This document shows positions 22,168 to 34,370 of a stretch of 64,000 nucleotides of DNA, piece after piece. This stretch comes from Neoechinorhynchus agilis (taxonomy: Eukaryota; Animalia; Acanthocephala). The notes under the pieces are model-generated. The model did not search any database. It was not told the origin of the DNA and was given only the letters and a program-made list of their open reading frames with translations. The position numbers were made by a program, and so were the translations under genes. Location: contig CM121341.1 of assembly GCA_051530055.1 (NCBI GenBank), forward strand, positions 14,734,784 to 14,798,783, written 5' to 3'. How positions within the stretch are numbered: position 1 is the first letter of the stretch; each line of letters starts with the position of its first letter.

Positions 22168-24544
22168 TTTACTATCCCGATGGATTTTCTCGATACGATC
22201 AATTTTGAAAAGGTTATTACAAGAAAGGGATTTGGAAGTCGCTAAAAGAATAAAGTTTACAAATAGCCAATGAAATGCTCCGTTAACCACCTTTTAGAAA
22301 CTAAAAATTTCAATCGGAAATTGCTAATGCTTTTCTGTATTTCGAAAACTTCACTCTCATATTTATGATGAGATCAAGATTGCATCATGCAAGAACCCGA
22401 TGATTTTTTAAAATATTAACCCTTAATCCGAAAATGGGATAAATGCAATTTTTCGACTCAATCTTTCAATTCAGTTTGATTTAATTTTAAAAACTCACCT
22501 ACGTCTCTGCGCGATTATTCTAACTTCGTTTAAAGTGCAAAAAAGCAATAGATGTAGGCTAAGTTCTTTTTGTTATTTAAACAGAGATTAAATCTAGCTC
22601 CATTACGAACCAACCTTAATAATTGTGTCTATTATTTAGAAATCGAACATTGGGTTTCAGCGTACATAGTCCTCTTTATGTTTGCATTTGATACCTTTTG
22701 TGTATGTGACAATTGGTCCAAGGCTAAATTAGTAGCGTTTCCCTGGGACAAGACGTTGCTTAGAAAGGAGACATTTTGTGTTAGAAAACTTTCTCCTTGA
22801 ACGGATCGTCCTTAGGCACAAAACCTTTTTTGTTCAGTCTACTACTTCAATGGAAATGGATCGTGTCAATATAGACGAACGTTAAGTGGATTGACGATTT
22901 TTTGGGGAATTTTTTTGAGAATGTTTCCTCATACGCGGGCTATTTTAAAGGGCAAATTCGTATAGCAGTAGACAGGAGATTTGTTAGAATGATGTAAAGG
23001 TTTGTGATTGGGTAACCCCATCAGGTTGTTAAATAGAATTCCCCTCAGAGAGTTTAATTATATTTCATCACAGAAAATGCTCGTTTTGCCCCCCCCCTAA
23101 CGTCTTTTTAACTACATTGCTCTCTTTTTATGCGATCGAGTAAGTTGCCTAAATAAAATGGCTAAAAAAGAGAAAGAGAGAGCAAGGTGACACTACAGTT
23201 TGAAGTGTTCTAAATTTGAAACAAAAGAGATTTCATCTGAGAAATATTCACATAAACGGTAAAAATAACCGTAGACTGCAATTTTCTCCATCGAAGCTGA
23301 CTTTACGGTGATAATACTTTCTCAATTGAATTTGTTGCCATCAAAACCAAACGGAAAGATTTCACGGAATCAATTATATTTAGATATGGTTCGATTTGCT
23401 TTACGGGTCAGAAAGTTTTTCTAAAACGTATCATTCTAGCATACTACTGGAATAATAGGCAAAAAAACAACCGTTTCCGACATTTTGCACCTAATCGAGT
23501 TAAAACGTCTATGCATTTTCTCTACTTCTAAGCTCGTACACCCGTCTTGGAAAACGGTTTCGGTCGGACGAATAGAAACATGCAATTCCTGGGAAATGTC
23601 TGGATGGAGCAAATGGTATTCGGTGATGTTGTTTTCAAATAATATTAAACGTGTTCGTTCAAAAAGGTTGCATGTTGCTATGAGACACGTATAAAAGATT
23701 TATGGCACGTTCAATTGAAGTCGTTTTTTAAAGTAGACTGTTAATTTTCCTAATTGTCCAATTGGTACGTTCTTGGTTTAATGAATAAATAGTGTTATTT
23801 AGAAGTCAAAATGGCCAATCAGGTCTTACTCGTTTCATCGATCTTTTGATTAAATTTAGGTGTCTTTTATGAAGTCCAATCGGTAAAATAAAGATTAAAA
23901 TGAGAAATGCCACCGAAATCGGCATATGCAGGTATTATCACCAAAAGTTTATCAAGAAAAAGTTATTTTACTTGAAATTAATTGATGTTTTGATATCAAT
24001 AACCAACGTTGTTTGCCTCAAAATTGAAAGACGAGTAACTCAAGAACTACAGCAGCTATCGCAAATCTGAAACCAGATTTGGAATGCGCAAAATGAAATC
24101 TACTTTTACGTTGATTCCTTAATTTGAAGTGTAAATGTTAAGCAGCATCTCACGAAATTACCCCGAAATTCGTCCCCTCAATCCGAAATCCCAAATTCGG
24201 CTCTTCTTTTGAACTTCAATAGAATCATCATCAGTTCGTAAGTTATAAAAATAGTCTTAAGCGTGAATAGAAAAAATTTTACCGGGGGAAGACCTAAACA
24301 ACACACTTTCAGTCATATAACCTTGTCGAATTGTTTCTCGTCCACGGACTCGAAAAAAATATTTATTCGTAGCTTTGTGTGTTTTGACAATAGACCGGCT
24401 GTTGGAAATCTATAAGATGTTCCCTGTCAACACGTCGAAACTGTAATACTTTGAGAGACTGACGAGGCCGGCATTAAGTGATATTTTATTTCAAGGATTT
24501 TAACCATTGCTGTCCGTCAGAAAAAGAAAATCATCTTTTTAAAT

Positions 24545-24625
24545 TCAGACGCCAGCGTGATGGCGACGGTCGAGGAAGGACAAAAGCTGGAATTTGGTGG
24601 GAGGTGGTGAATGTAAAGAAAAGTA
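24545..24625 (+). mobile_element. 3' remnant of the CRE-type retrotransposon family seen at 48200-49210
   Basis: GCCAGCGTGATGGCGACGGTCGAGGAAGGACAAAAGCTG...GGTGG resembles the 3' coding end GCTAGCGTGATAGCGACAGCCGAGGAAGGAGAGAAGCT...GGTGG. Confidence 0.6.
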
Positions 24626-25849
24626 ACCAAATAGAAAACAATACTGCCTTTACTTTATTATATCTTAAATTGATTTATACCTTGGATTTTTATATTTGCG
24701 AATTTGCCTATCTTTGAAAAACGATGAACTTTCGGTCTTTAAAAAGTCGTATTGATGTTATGGAACTTGACGATGCTTCAATTTTTTCAGATTGATACTT
24801 GACGAGCAAGCGTCCTTCAACGCATTATTCCGACTTTCATATGTCCAATTTTTCTGTTCAGTTAAAGACATGAATGTGGAACGCTTCCCGGTTAACCTTT
24901 AGATTTGCAATAATCTATAATTTTTAAGGAAAGGCCAACCTAAAAGTGAACTCTTACAGCTTCGAGTTTTGAAATCGATAATTATTGTTTCGCTTTATTT
25001 GGCATTACTGGTCCATCCGAGCTTCAATTTTTCTAGGACGTAGCATTCCGACACATAATACAAACTTAAAAAACCCATTTTGAGCTAATAAATTCGTGCT
25101 TTTTTTGTGATTTCCAAAACTCCAAATAATTTCAAAAGTTTCAGAAACCCAAAAAATCTTGGGTGCGGTGGATAAAATCGGGATCTTAGACAGCTTTTAA
25201 AGTCGCATCATTTGAGTGTATTTCCTAATAAGAAAAAATCTCACTGGTAAAACGCCCAATAGATTCGGTGAAATCTATGAAGAGCGCGGTAAAACTTTCG
25301 AAGATCAATAGACTTGTTATTATTGAAGAAGGTTTTTGATGGATGAAAAAACTTACAAGCAATGATTGATGAGGTTTCCTCTTTCGATATATATATTAGC
25401 AATGAAGTACGTTTTATCCAGGAGGGGATTATCATCACCACAATTCAAAATTTATTCTTTGTTTGGTGATTGAGAAAATAGAGATTAATTTATTAATTAA
25501 CTTTCACCAAGCCACCCTTTTAGACTTGAAGAAGCCCGATGAAACGGACGAAATATTGAGAATCAATAAAATCAATAACGAATCAACGCGGCGACTGGAG
25601 AGCCAAGATCGACTTCGTTCTTGGCGCAAAAAATAAGCATTGCGGTGCAGTGGGGCAATGCGGCCAGCATTTTGGCCAGTGCCGATGAATGGGAGCGTTG
25701 ATCATCTTACTCAGTTGAATGGTTAGAAGTTTGTCGAATGCGAAATTAACTTTAGTATAAACTGAAAGGTCATAAAAATCTATATTCTTCTCATCACAAA
25801 ACAAAACATATATTCATGAACAACTTCTTTACAATTCAAAATTCATTAT

Positions 25850-26030
25850 CCCAAAGGATCTTCCATCGATAAGATTAACACTCTTAGGGATACGACTAAA
25901 AGAATATCGATGTACATCAATAAGAAGAAGCTTTCATCTACAAAGCAACCGTCCATTACTAACAAACAATCGCTGAAGAAGATCCGAGATAGTGGATCGA
26001 AATATCCAATAAAATCTTAATTTCGTTTAT
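25850..26030 (+). mobile_element. Penelope-like 3' remnant with degenerate hammerhead core (25973-26006)
   Basis: CTGAAGA-A-GATCC-loop-GGATC-GAAA-TATC, same architecture as 35608-35640; upstream CGATAAGAT.AAC shared with ~35553. Stem I is poorly formed. Confidence 0.5.
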
Positions 26031-26441
26031 CTCTCCTATCAACAAATAACTGACCAATCCATCGACCGCGAAAAATAGACGAAAAGATCAACAAAAGCCG
26101 CCTCCAAACGGGACAAAAGCTTAAGAATGCTTGTTTATGGTGGACAAAATAAAGGAATGTATTAAATCCGATATTTGGAAGGCACAATCTCATGAAAGTT
26201 CGATCTTTAAACTTAAAAAAAGAATGACGTCACCAAACTCGTTGTTTTCACAAAAACACGCCGAGCACAAATTGCACTGAACGAGTTTTGGAAGACACTT
26301 TTGAACGTTCGAACGATTTCTTAGATAAAAAATGATGGTAGCCAAAAAAATCTATATCTATCCGCATCAAAAGTTCACTCAGACTTATGAACGTTCAATT
26401 GTTCCGGCTGTCATTGATCGCGAATCACAATAGCGCGCTAA

Positions 26442-29400
26442 TTTAACGAAAGAAAGATCAATGAATGCATTTTAGACGAATTGCGTCATTTACGAAAACA
26501 AGGTGTATCAACAAATGAACGGACTGTCTGTGAATGCCGCAAGGACTCCGTTAGACGCGTCTTTGAATGACACCTCAACGGAGGTACGGCAGAGTCAGGA
26601 GGTCCCCCCGATCGAGCTCGGGAATTTGTACGAGTTTTGTGATTCCATTCGTCCTGAGCAAATCCGAGATTGCAAACATCGGGAAAGCGTTATTCGGCAT
26701 TTACTTTCAAATGGTGGTGCAGGTCTCTACGAGCTTTCAAGAATCTTTGAGAACTGCGAGAGACATGGAATGCGTGAGTACCTGCATTTGCTGTACCGAA
26801 TATACCGAAGTCTGATTTTAATTCAATCTCCTGCACTCAACATGAGTCTGTTTTCGGATCGATTTATAATGTCGGTGATAGGCGCTCTCGAATATGACGC
26901 CCAGGAAGACGAAACTGAGGAGGAATTCATTCCACGGAGACGGCACAGGGATTTTTTAGAAAATGAAGTGAAGTTTATCGATGTGGCGAATCTTAGTTCA
27001 AATGTGGAATTATGCGCTCGAATCAAACAAACGTATTTGGTGGAATACATCCATGACATTATTCTGCCGAACGTTGCTCTGCCATTGGATGACACAAACA
27101 CTATCAGCGCTTTGAGTTCGTTCTTGGCCGTCAGCAAAATGACCATTGCCGGTGTCATACAGGTCGGTGATGTTTTTTAATTAACTTTTTCAACTAGAAG
27201 TGGGTTTTAACCAAAGCGAAACTTTTTGGAAAAATGAAACGGCTTAGGACCACAAAGTATTTCATTAATTTAACTAGAATTGTCCGGAAGTTTTTCTGTA
27301 GAGGCTTGAGGGAAATCGCACAATTTCGAATTTCACATAAATATTGGGTGCTGAACTCCTTTAATAAATTCGAGTTGGTTTAACGTATTTTATTCTATAG
27401 TTTGACGTTTTTGTCCTTTTCAAGAATTCGACTTTCTACATTTTAGAGAATTGTGTTTGAAGATTGTAATTCCTCTGAGTTTCTGCAGCAAAAACAACTT
27501 TCTAGAAAGGTACAGGTTCGTGTGTCAAAATATCAGATTCAATAAATTACTACTTCAATTTTTCGGCCATATAAAAAACATAAAGATTTGTCCAAATTAG
27601 AGATAACTTTTTTTTGATAATTTTGTTAAATTTTAACTTTTTCACTTTAAGATCGATCGTAGATTCTCTCTGTGTGTATGTATTGAAATTTATATGGTGT
27701 GACTTTAAAAATTTGAATTTAAAATGCGTATATTCGACAAGTAAAAATTAATTCTTTCTATTGTAAAAAGCTGATTTGTGATCTTTTTTTAGCAAGATCG
27801 CCATGCGTTCGACCGGATACGAGTCCAACTGAAGCGTGGGCGGAATACTGAAAACGTATTGTCATTTATCCGAAGCCTCTGCCTGACGTCTCACTCGATG
27901 CTGCTTGACCATAAAACTAGTCTCCACAACACTTTGGTTCATAAACGAGTTCATGAAGCGGTCCTGCGACATTTTCAGAGTCTTGATCGGAACAGAGTAG
28001 AAGAGCGTCGATGTGCATTGGACATTTTAACCTCGATTCTCCAGAACGCAGCTCCTTCCGTCTCAAGGAAGTTCATTGTTAACAACACGAAACGACGGCG
28101 TAGTTTCTGCGACAATCAATGCGATGAAAGTGTCAGTTCCGGGGAATCAAGTGATCAAAGTCCCATCTATAGTGAGTCAGATCATAACGCACAAGAAATT
28201 GATGAATCACGAAGGGGAATCGATAAAGACATAATTGAAGTGGTTGGTGTTATCGTCGATACGATTGCGAATTCTATCAAGGGTCCTACGGTTGAATCAG
28301 ATGATTACATTATGGCTTTGATCAAAGAGATGATCGCCGATGAAGACGAATGTAAGCTCAAAAGAATATTAATTCAAAAAAAACTTCATGTTTAGATTTC
28401 ACTTACGGAGCTCAGATATGTGCGAGCCTTAAAGTCATTTTGGATAGTTGTGCTTTGGAAGCAAGTGTCAAAGTAAGTTGTTTTGTCTTTGCAATAAGAA
28501 TTGTGCAAATAACGAATAGTTAGTGTATTTAAACAATAAAAAGAGTTTTCTACCTTAAAAGTAACGGTTTCAATTTCTTTAGTGCGTGGACGCAACAATG
28601 AACAGTTTTATGGCAAATCACTTCCCTGCAATTTGTCAGCCATTGATGGACAATGCCAGTATTCATGGCCCCTTGAAAGGTTAATTTTGAGATTTTCCCC
28701 ATTCATATTTTATTTACAAGCTCTTTTTTCAGATGACATGCGGCATTGTCTTCTTCAATCGACCATTTTGAACTTCATAAGTGACTTGATTTTACATGAA
28801 CCATTCATGGTTCTGGAGTTCTTTAAAAGTCGCCAATTTTCAATTGCTCGACTATGTAGCCTTTTGAAAAGCAGACACGTTCTCCTAAAAGTGGCTGTTG
28901 TTCGGCTGTTTAAGCGCCTTATTCGTCTATGTGCCAAAAGTCCTGATTATTTAAGGACGTTCACTCATCAGGACTAATGGTCTAAGCGTTAATGAGGTTG
29001 ACCGTTTACTCATTGAAACTGGATGTGTTGATCAGCTCCTTGATGTGCTCACTGAGCACAGTGGCAGTAATAATATGTTCGAAAGTGCATTGCTCGATGC
29101 GTTTAATTACATAAGGACAAATGATCGACGGATTCTTTTAAACCATGTCGTTTCTTCTAGCATCCCTAGACTCACGTCGGAAGGTTCAGAGAGTTTGCGC
29201 TTGCTTCAAAAAGCGAAGGAATTAGAATCAACGAGTTCGTCGTCTCAGGAGTGTATGGTGATGAAATTGTTTCATAGAATGAATGAGAAGTTGGCTACAA
29301 TGGAAGATCAGTCCAGTGAACCTGATAGTGTGATGAGCGAGCCACATCGACCAAATATTACGGACGGTGGGTTCATGGCATCGACCGTAGGAATGCCTCG

Positions 29401-29785
29401 TATGATTGACGAAGAAGACCGGTACTTTGAAGACCAACAAGATGACGAAGAGGCTGAACTTGCAGAGATTTCGCAAGAAGAGGAACTCGCTGAGCAACTG
29501 ATCGAAGAGAATGGCCCGTCCCCTCCAAAACGAAAAGTGAATGACGACGAGGATGATGAGGTTTCTGGGATCTTCGCCGGGATTAAACGTCGTGCTGTGG
29601 TTAATCGGCGGACAAACTCAAAACTATTTCCAATCAACATTCGAATGCCGACCACCGATATGGTTAACGGTGGAGATTTAAGTGGATCATCACCGAGGCG
29701 AACTCCTTTGGTCAGTTACGATCTGAGCTCGTCATCAGATTCCGATGATAATGATTCTAATGCAATTGCTCAGACCGGAGAATAA
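26442..29785 (+). CDS. PPP4R3: PP4 regulatory subunit 3 (SMEK/Psy2); 5' end unresolved
   Basis: SMK-1 domain motifs (VIGALEYD, RHRDFL, IKQTYLVEYIHDIILP), NNMFESALLDAFNYIR, acidic tail. GT-AG introns 26503-26554, 27163-27792, 28352-28395, 28473-28582, 28680-28720, plus the non-canonical candidate 28930-28984. Confidence 0.85.
28930..28984 (+). other. Candidate non-canonical hairpin intron in SMEK (55 nt)
   Basis: GTCTA direct repeat (28925-29 / 28980-84); perfect 9-bp stem AGTCCTGAT/ATCAGGACT plus GCCA/TGGT. Removal gives FKRLIRLSVNEVDR, colinear with recalled FKRKIIGLKDEFYNR. Confidence 0.55.
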
Positions 29786-30330
29786 TATTACATACACAAA
29801 AGGATGTGCGTGAGTATTCACAAAAAACCATCCACATACACAATGAGCGATCAGAAACACTCATTATAAATTCATTGTCTATCTCGAGTGAATTTTTAAC
29901 GTCCGATGGCGTTTTCGAATGGCAATTTTATTGAAGCGATCGGGAAGTCCACATTTCTCCCTTCCACGTTTTTATTGAATAAAATACTTTACGAAATGCG
30001 GCGATAAACTTTTTAAAATTTATTTTTTGACGGTTATTGACGCGCTACCTCTGAATGTTTAAAAATAGTTTTTATCCGTAGTATTCTCGGTAAAAATATT
30101 TTATTAGACCCTCATTGGTGTTACTGTTTTTTAAGTGAGTTTCAGATAACGAGATTCACCTGATCTAACCATTTAGATTTTTATTTGAGACTTCATTATG
30201 TTTATTAGGAGGCAGCGACAAGCAATCACAAAAGCGCTTCGAATCGGCGATGTTCAAATTAATGAGCCAAATCACGTCATATTCCATCGCTAGTTCAATG
30301 CTTGTCTCGTTCTCTCGCTTAAAGACGTGA

Positions 30331-32279
30331 TTATTTCTTCATAGAGCGTCGGCTATATTGAAGTTTTGCGTAAGTTTCAACTTCTTCAAGTGAACTGATT
30401 ATCTGTATATATTCACATAATAGTGTTTTTTCTCTAAAAAATCCATACTCACGTAATCGAGCTGTTCTTTTGTGTGTCCGGCCGAGAGACAGAACCGAAT
30501 TCTGGCGGAGACCAGATTAGTTGCTGGGAAGCCAACAACTACTAATGCTATACCGCGATTCAACAATTCTTCGCCTAGATATCGAATCTTTCCCGGCATA
30601 AACACCAACAATGGAACTACAGGAGATGCATCGTGTCCGTAAACGACGTATCCGAGTTCTTTTAGTCTTCGTCGGAAATACGCTGTGTTCTCAGCGAGTG
30701 CTTTGAATCGCCGTTGACCGTCTCCTGGTCTCTCTATACCAGTCATCACCTTCAGTGAGCAAGCAATCTGCTCACAGATCGGAGGAGACATTGCCGATGC
30801 GTATAAGACTGCGTGGGACGTATTGCGGATATGATCTATCACTGCTTTTGACGAAGCAATGTATCCACCGGATGATGCAAAACTCTTTGTAAAGGTACCC
30901 ATCATTATATCAATGTCAGCCGTGTCGCATCCTAACAAATCAGCCACTCCGCCACCATTCGGACCAACTGCACCAATGGAATGAGCCTCGTCCAAGTATA
31001 AATACGCTTTGTATTTCTTCTTTAATCGAATAAGTTCAGGCAGGTTGCAAATCGTGCCTTCCATACTATTTCCAAATTAATTTAAGATCTCTTCACAGAA
31101 AACTCACCTATACACTCCTTCTACGATGATAAGAATCTTTCGCCATGGTCGACGAGTGCGTGGCTGGCCGTATACAATGGAATCTCGAAGTATTTGCTCA
31201 AGTGCTATGATGTCTAAATTGGTATATTAATATTATACAAGGTTTGTTTATTTATTCTTTCAATTTTAGAGTTTAAAACCAATTGTGTTTGAGGAGCTTT
31301 ATAAAACGTTTGAAAACGTCACCTTCTCACAGGTTGATTATTGAAATATACTCTTTAAAACACAAGGGCTGGAAATTAATTTTTTAAAGTTTTAGAAATA
31401 AAATAGCATAAAGAAGAGATACCATTATGTGGAAAAATCTTAATAGTAGCACCACTCATCCTTGATCCTAACACAATGGACGAATGATTGTATTGATCAC
31501 TAAGAATGAGGCATTGCTAATTTATAAGTTATAGAAGTTTTTCTTGTTAAGTCAAGAAAACCTTTGAGACTAGACTTCCAATATTAGTAGAATTAGTTGC
31601 GAATCCCATTCCAAATGCAACACAATCTTCCTTTTTTAAGAATTTCGCCATCATTTTTTCCATTTCACGTTGTATCCGGAATTGTCCTGAAAGTAGAGGC
31701 GGTGGTGGCCTTTGTAAAGAAAGTTAATCCTAACCTATTTGTCCGTTTGGACAACAAGTAGCCACGCCGTTTTTGCGAACGCATTCGATTACATGAGGTT
31801 CTGAGAAAGAGTTTCGTTCAGCGAAACCGAGATAGTTGTAAGATCCTATATTTATAACTCCACGCGCGACTCTGTTTTCTGATGAAAGAGTGACCATGTT
31901 GCACTTTTCATGCCTTCCAAGATTATAAACGTCCATTGTGACTGCTGGGATTGATTTTAACGGCCGGCCAAACAAATGCCTTGCACATGAAAATATGTTA
32001 CGTGTGAAGAAGTTTTCATAAATCGGCATCAGAGATTTGAACCCCTGTGAACAAGTCAGCAGAAGAATATATAAAAAATTAGAAAATCTAAATACGTTCT
32101 GGTTCCTGGGTTTCTGATTAACATTTCCACACAAATACTGAATCGCATCTCGTATAAGACCCGCCAAAACCAACACTCCATATCCCAAATAGGTAATGAA
32201 AGCTAACCAAAGTTTTGTTTCCTCAACACCAACATCAATCTTCAAAATCCTTTTGGAATCTACCGATGGAGCGTTGTCC
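30331..32279 (-). CDS. SPTLC2: Serine palmitoyltransferase long-chain base subunit 2 (first exon not located)
   Basis: [51 protein letters not shown] (PLP lysine), [21 protein letters not shown] introns 32045-32095, 31687-31734, 31517-31561, 31214-31422, 31066-31107, 30404-30452. Confidence 0.95.
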
Positions 32280-33394
32280 TAAAAGTTAGGTTTTTTAGTT
32301 GAAATAATTTGGCTTTACACACGTGTACTCACTTTTTCTACTGATTGGTCACTCGAGTCCCTTTTAAAGAGATTTATCGTTTTAGCCATCCTCCGTCGAT
32401 TCTCGGAACAAAATACTGACGAGAAAAGAGACATGAGTGTTTTAAAATAGCTCATGGTGTGTATCATGAGATGAATGAGATCTTTAAGTTTGTCTAGTTG
32501 AGCGAAACATGATTAGATGCTTTGGGGTCCCGTGCACGTGAGTGTGTGTCGAAGAATTTCGTACATGAGTGTTAGTGTTTACGTTTTATGTCGCGACCGT
32601 TTTTATATTTGTTAACATTTTTGGACGCGGAAATCCGGTGTAACTTTGGTCCTAATATACATTTCTTAATATTGTATAACATTGTTCATTGAACTTCTTT
32701 AATTTGCCAAAATCGGATTTATTACCAAATGCATTTGCTGAAAAACGCAAAATACAATCATTGTTCTCAAAAAACGTAAAATGTTTTCACTTTTTAAAGG
32801 AACTAAATTAAAGATTATTTACCCAGAAGCGATACAATAGTATCCGGCCATCTTTACTCAAGACATAACTGAACAATTTTTATTATAGTGAATATTTCGA
32901 TTTAAATTTCTGAATCGAGTTGAAAACTTAGTGTTTCGTAAGCAAAAGAAACAAAGAGTGAATTAATTAGATACCTATAAAGTTTTCATCGCTGCGTAAT
33001 ATGGAATCGAAATTTTATATCGAAGGCTGGCGCTTAATTGTGGTTCTGTCTATGGTTTTTGTGCGAATTGTTTGTCATTTCAACCGAAAAATGCGTTTAG
33101 TAAAATTATCTGGCGATTATGAAATCTTCATCTCACCTCTTATCTTCTCCAAGAAAATAACTGAAGTATTTTGCGGCTTGCTTTATACGATCCCCAAAAA
33201 AGCTGGCAGAGAAATATGGGCTGCTTTTCGGATAGAATAATTCATCAACCCGCTCGCAAAGCACCAAAAGCTGCGGTTGGAGATTGACAATCATTGCTTT
33301 AACATGCGAATCGAAAATTTAGCTCCCTATAAGACTCAGCCGGTCTAGAGTGATCAATTCTATCCCGGAGCTGGGTCCTCAAAATCTTTCACTA

Positions 33395-33570
33395 TAGTTT
33401 AGCAATCAATTCAATGCCAATTTTCGCCGCCTCCTTCACGAGTGTATCCAAATCGCGCGTACCTCCGAGCGTGGCATCGTCCAGATACCAGCCGCTAAAG
33501 CTGGACTGGAGAGAGTGTGCGACGGGATAGACTGCGAGTGAGAAGGCTATTTGGCCCAAGGGATCCCCCC
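33395..33570 (-). mobile_element. CRE-type (restriction-endonuclease class) non-LTR RT fragment
   Basis: Manual translation GDPLGQIAFSLAVYPVAHSLQSSFSGWYLDDATLGG, the QGDPL...WYLDDGTLGG signature. Confidence 0.7.
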
Positions 33571-34039
33571 TTGTTTAACTCATCCTTCTGACCGCAAAAC
33601 GCGGGTGTTGGAGTCCTATAGGCACTAACGAAATAACGAAATGCTTCTGGTGCGTTCGTTGAACTGTGTTAAATGCATTCTTGAAATAACATTTCAAGAT
33701 CACGCACTACTTTGAGTTTCCGGTAATGACCGTGCGAAGTGAATGAACATTGGCCTCTGCGCCACAAGGTGTACAGCAGCCTAACTGAGTCGGGCAAAGC
33801 TGCATCCCTACTTTTTCAGCGATCCTTTTGTTTAAAATTTTGCTGTTAATTCCTATTGCAATAGAACGAATTCTACCTTCCAACCGTAACCGACCGTGGA
33901 TAATCCCCATCTTGAAACTCGTTCAAAATCAAACATCTAAGGCCCATTGAAATAAATTTCCTGACTTTCCCCGTTTACAAAAAGTACTATCTCACAAAAT
34001 ACTTGTTGCCCGCAAAAATTTCCTTCAAACCAAAATTCA

Positions 34040-34370
34040 TTCAGGTGGCAATTGAACATGGTAGCGAGCCACAAATGACTCTCTTGGTATACGCAACCCT
34101 GATCCCTTCCCAAATTTGTCCTCTTCTGAACATAAACATCCAATATCCATTCTATCCGCTCTTTCAAAAATCATCGAAAAATGTTTTAAATCGCGTCTTC
34201 TTCCACTTCCCAATAACAAATTATCGCTCCTACAATTCGGCTTCCGGTCCAAATTTTCTGCAACAAATGCCCTACTTTGCATTTATGACACGCTCCTACA
34301 TAACCTCGACAATAATCCCTCTCTCGTCACCCATCACATTCAACTGGATTTAACGAAGGCATTACCTCAT
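34040..34370 (+). mobile_element. CR1/L2-type LINE RT fragment
   Basis: PISILSALSKIIEK, LQFGFRSKFSATNALL, HIQLDLTKA. Confidence 0.85.

Noticed and set aside
24435-24475. Possible permuted hammerhead (GAAA...CTGACGA)
   Set aside because: Stems I and II do not form convincingly.
24560-25636. Apparent small gene starting MATVEEGQKLEF
   Set aside because: The first 'exon' is the 3' end of the CRE-type retrotransposon; downstream pieces could not be joined in phase.
26330-26445. Stop-codon reassignment suggested by in-frame TAG/TGA/TAA in the SMEK 5' region
   Set aside because: XPD, ankyrin and SPTLC2 show long standard-code frames with Trp as TGG and no internal stops.
26503-26554. ORF-track N-terminus MYQQMNGLSVN for SMEK
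   Set aside because: Better explained as a 52-nt GT-AG intron; splicing gives RKQ|DASLNDT, matching recalled QGKDPSVDIT.
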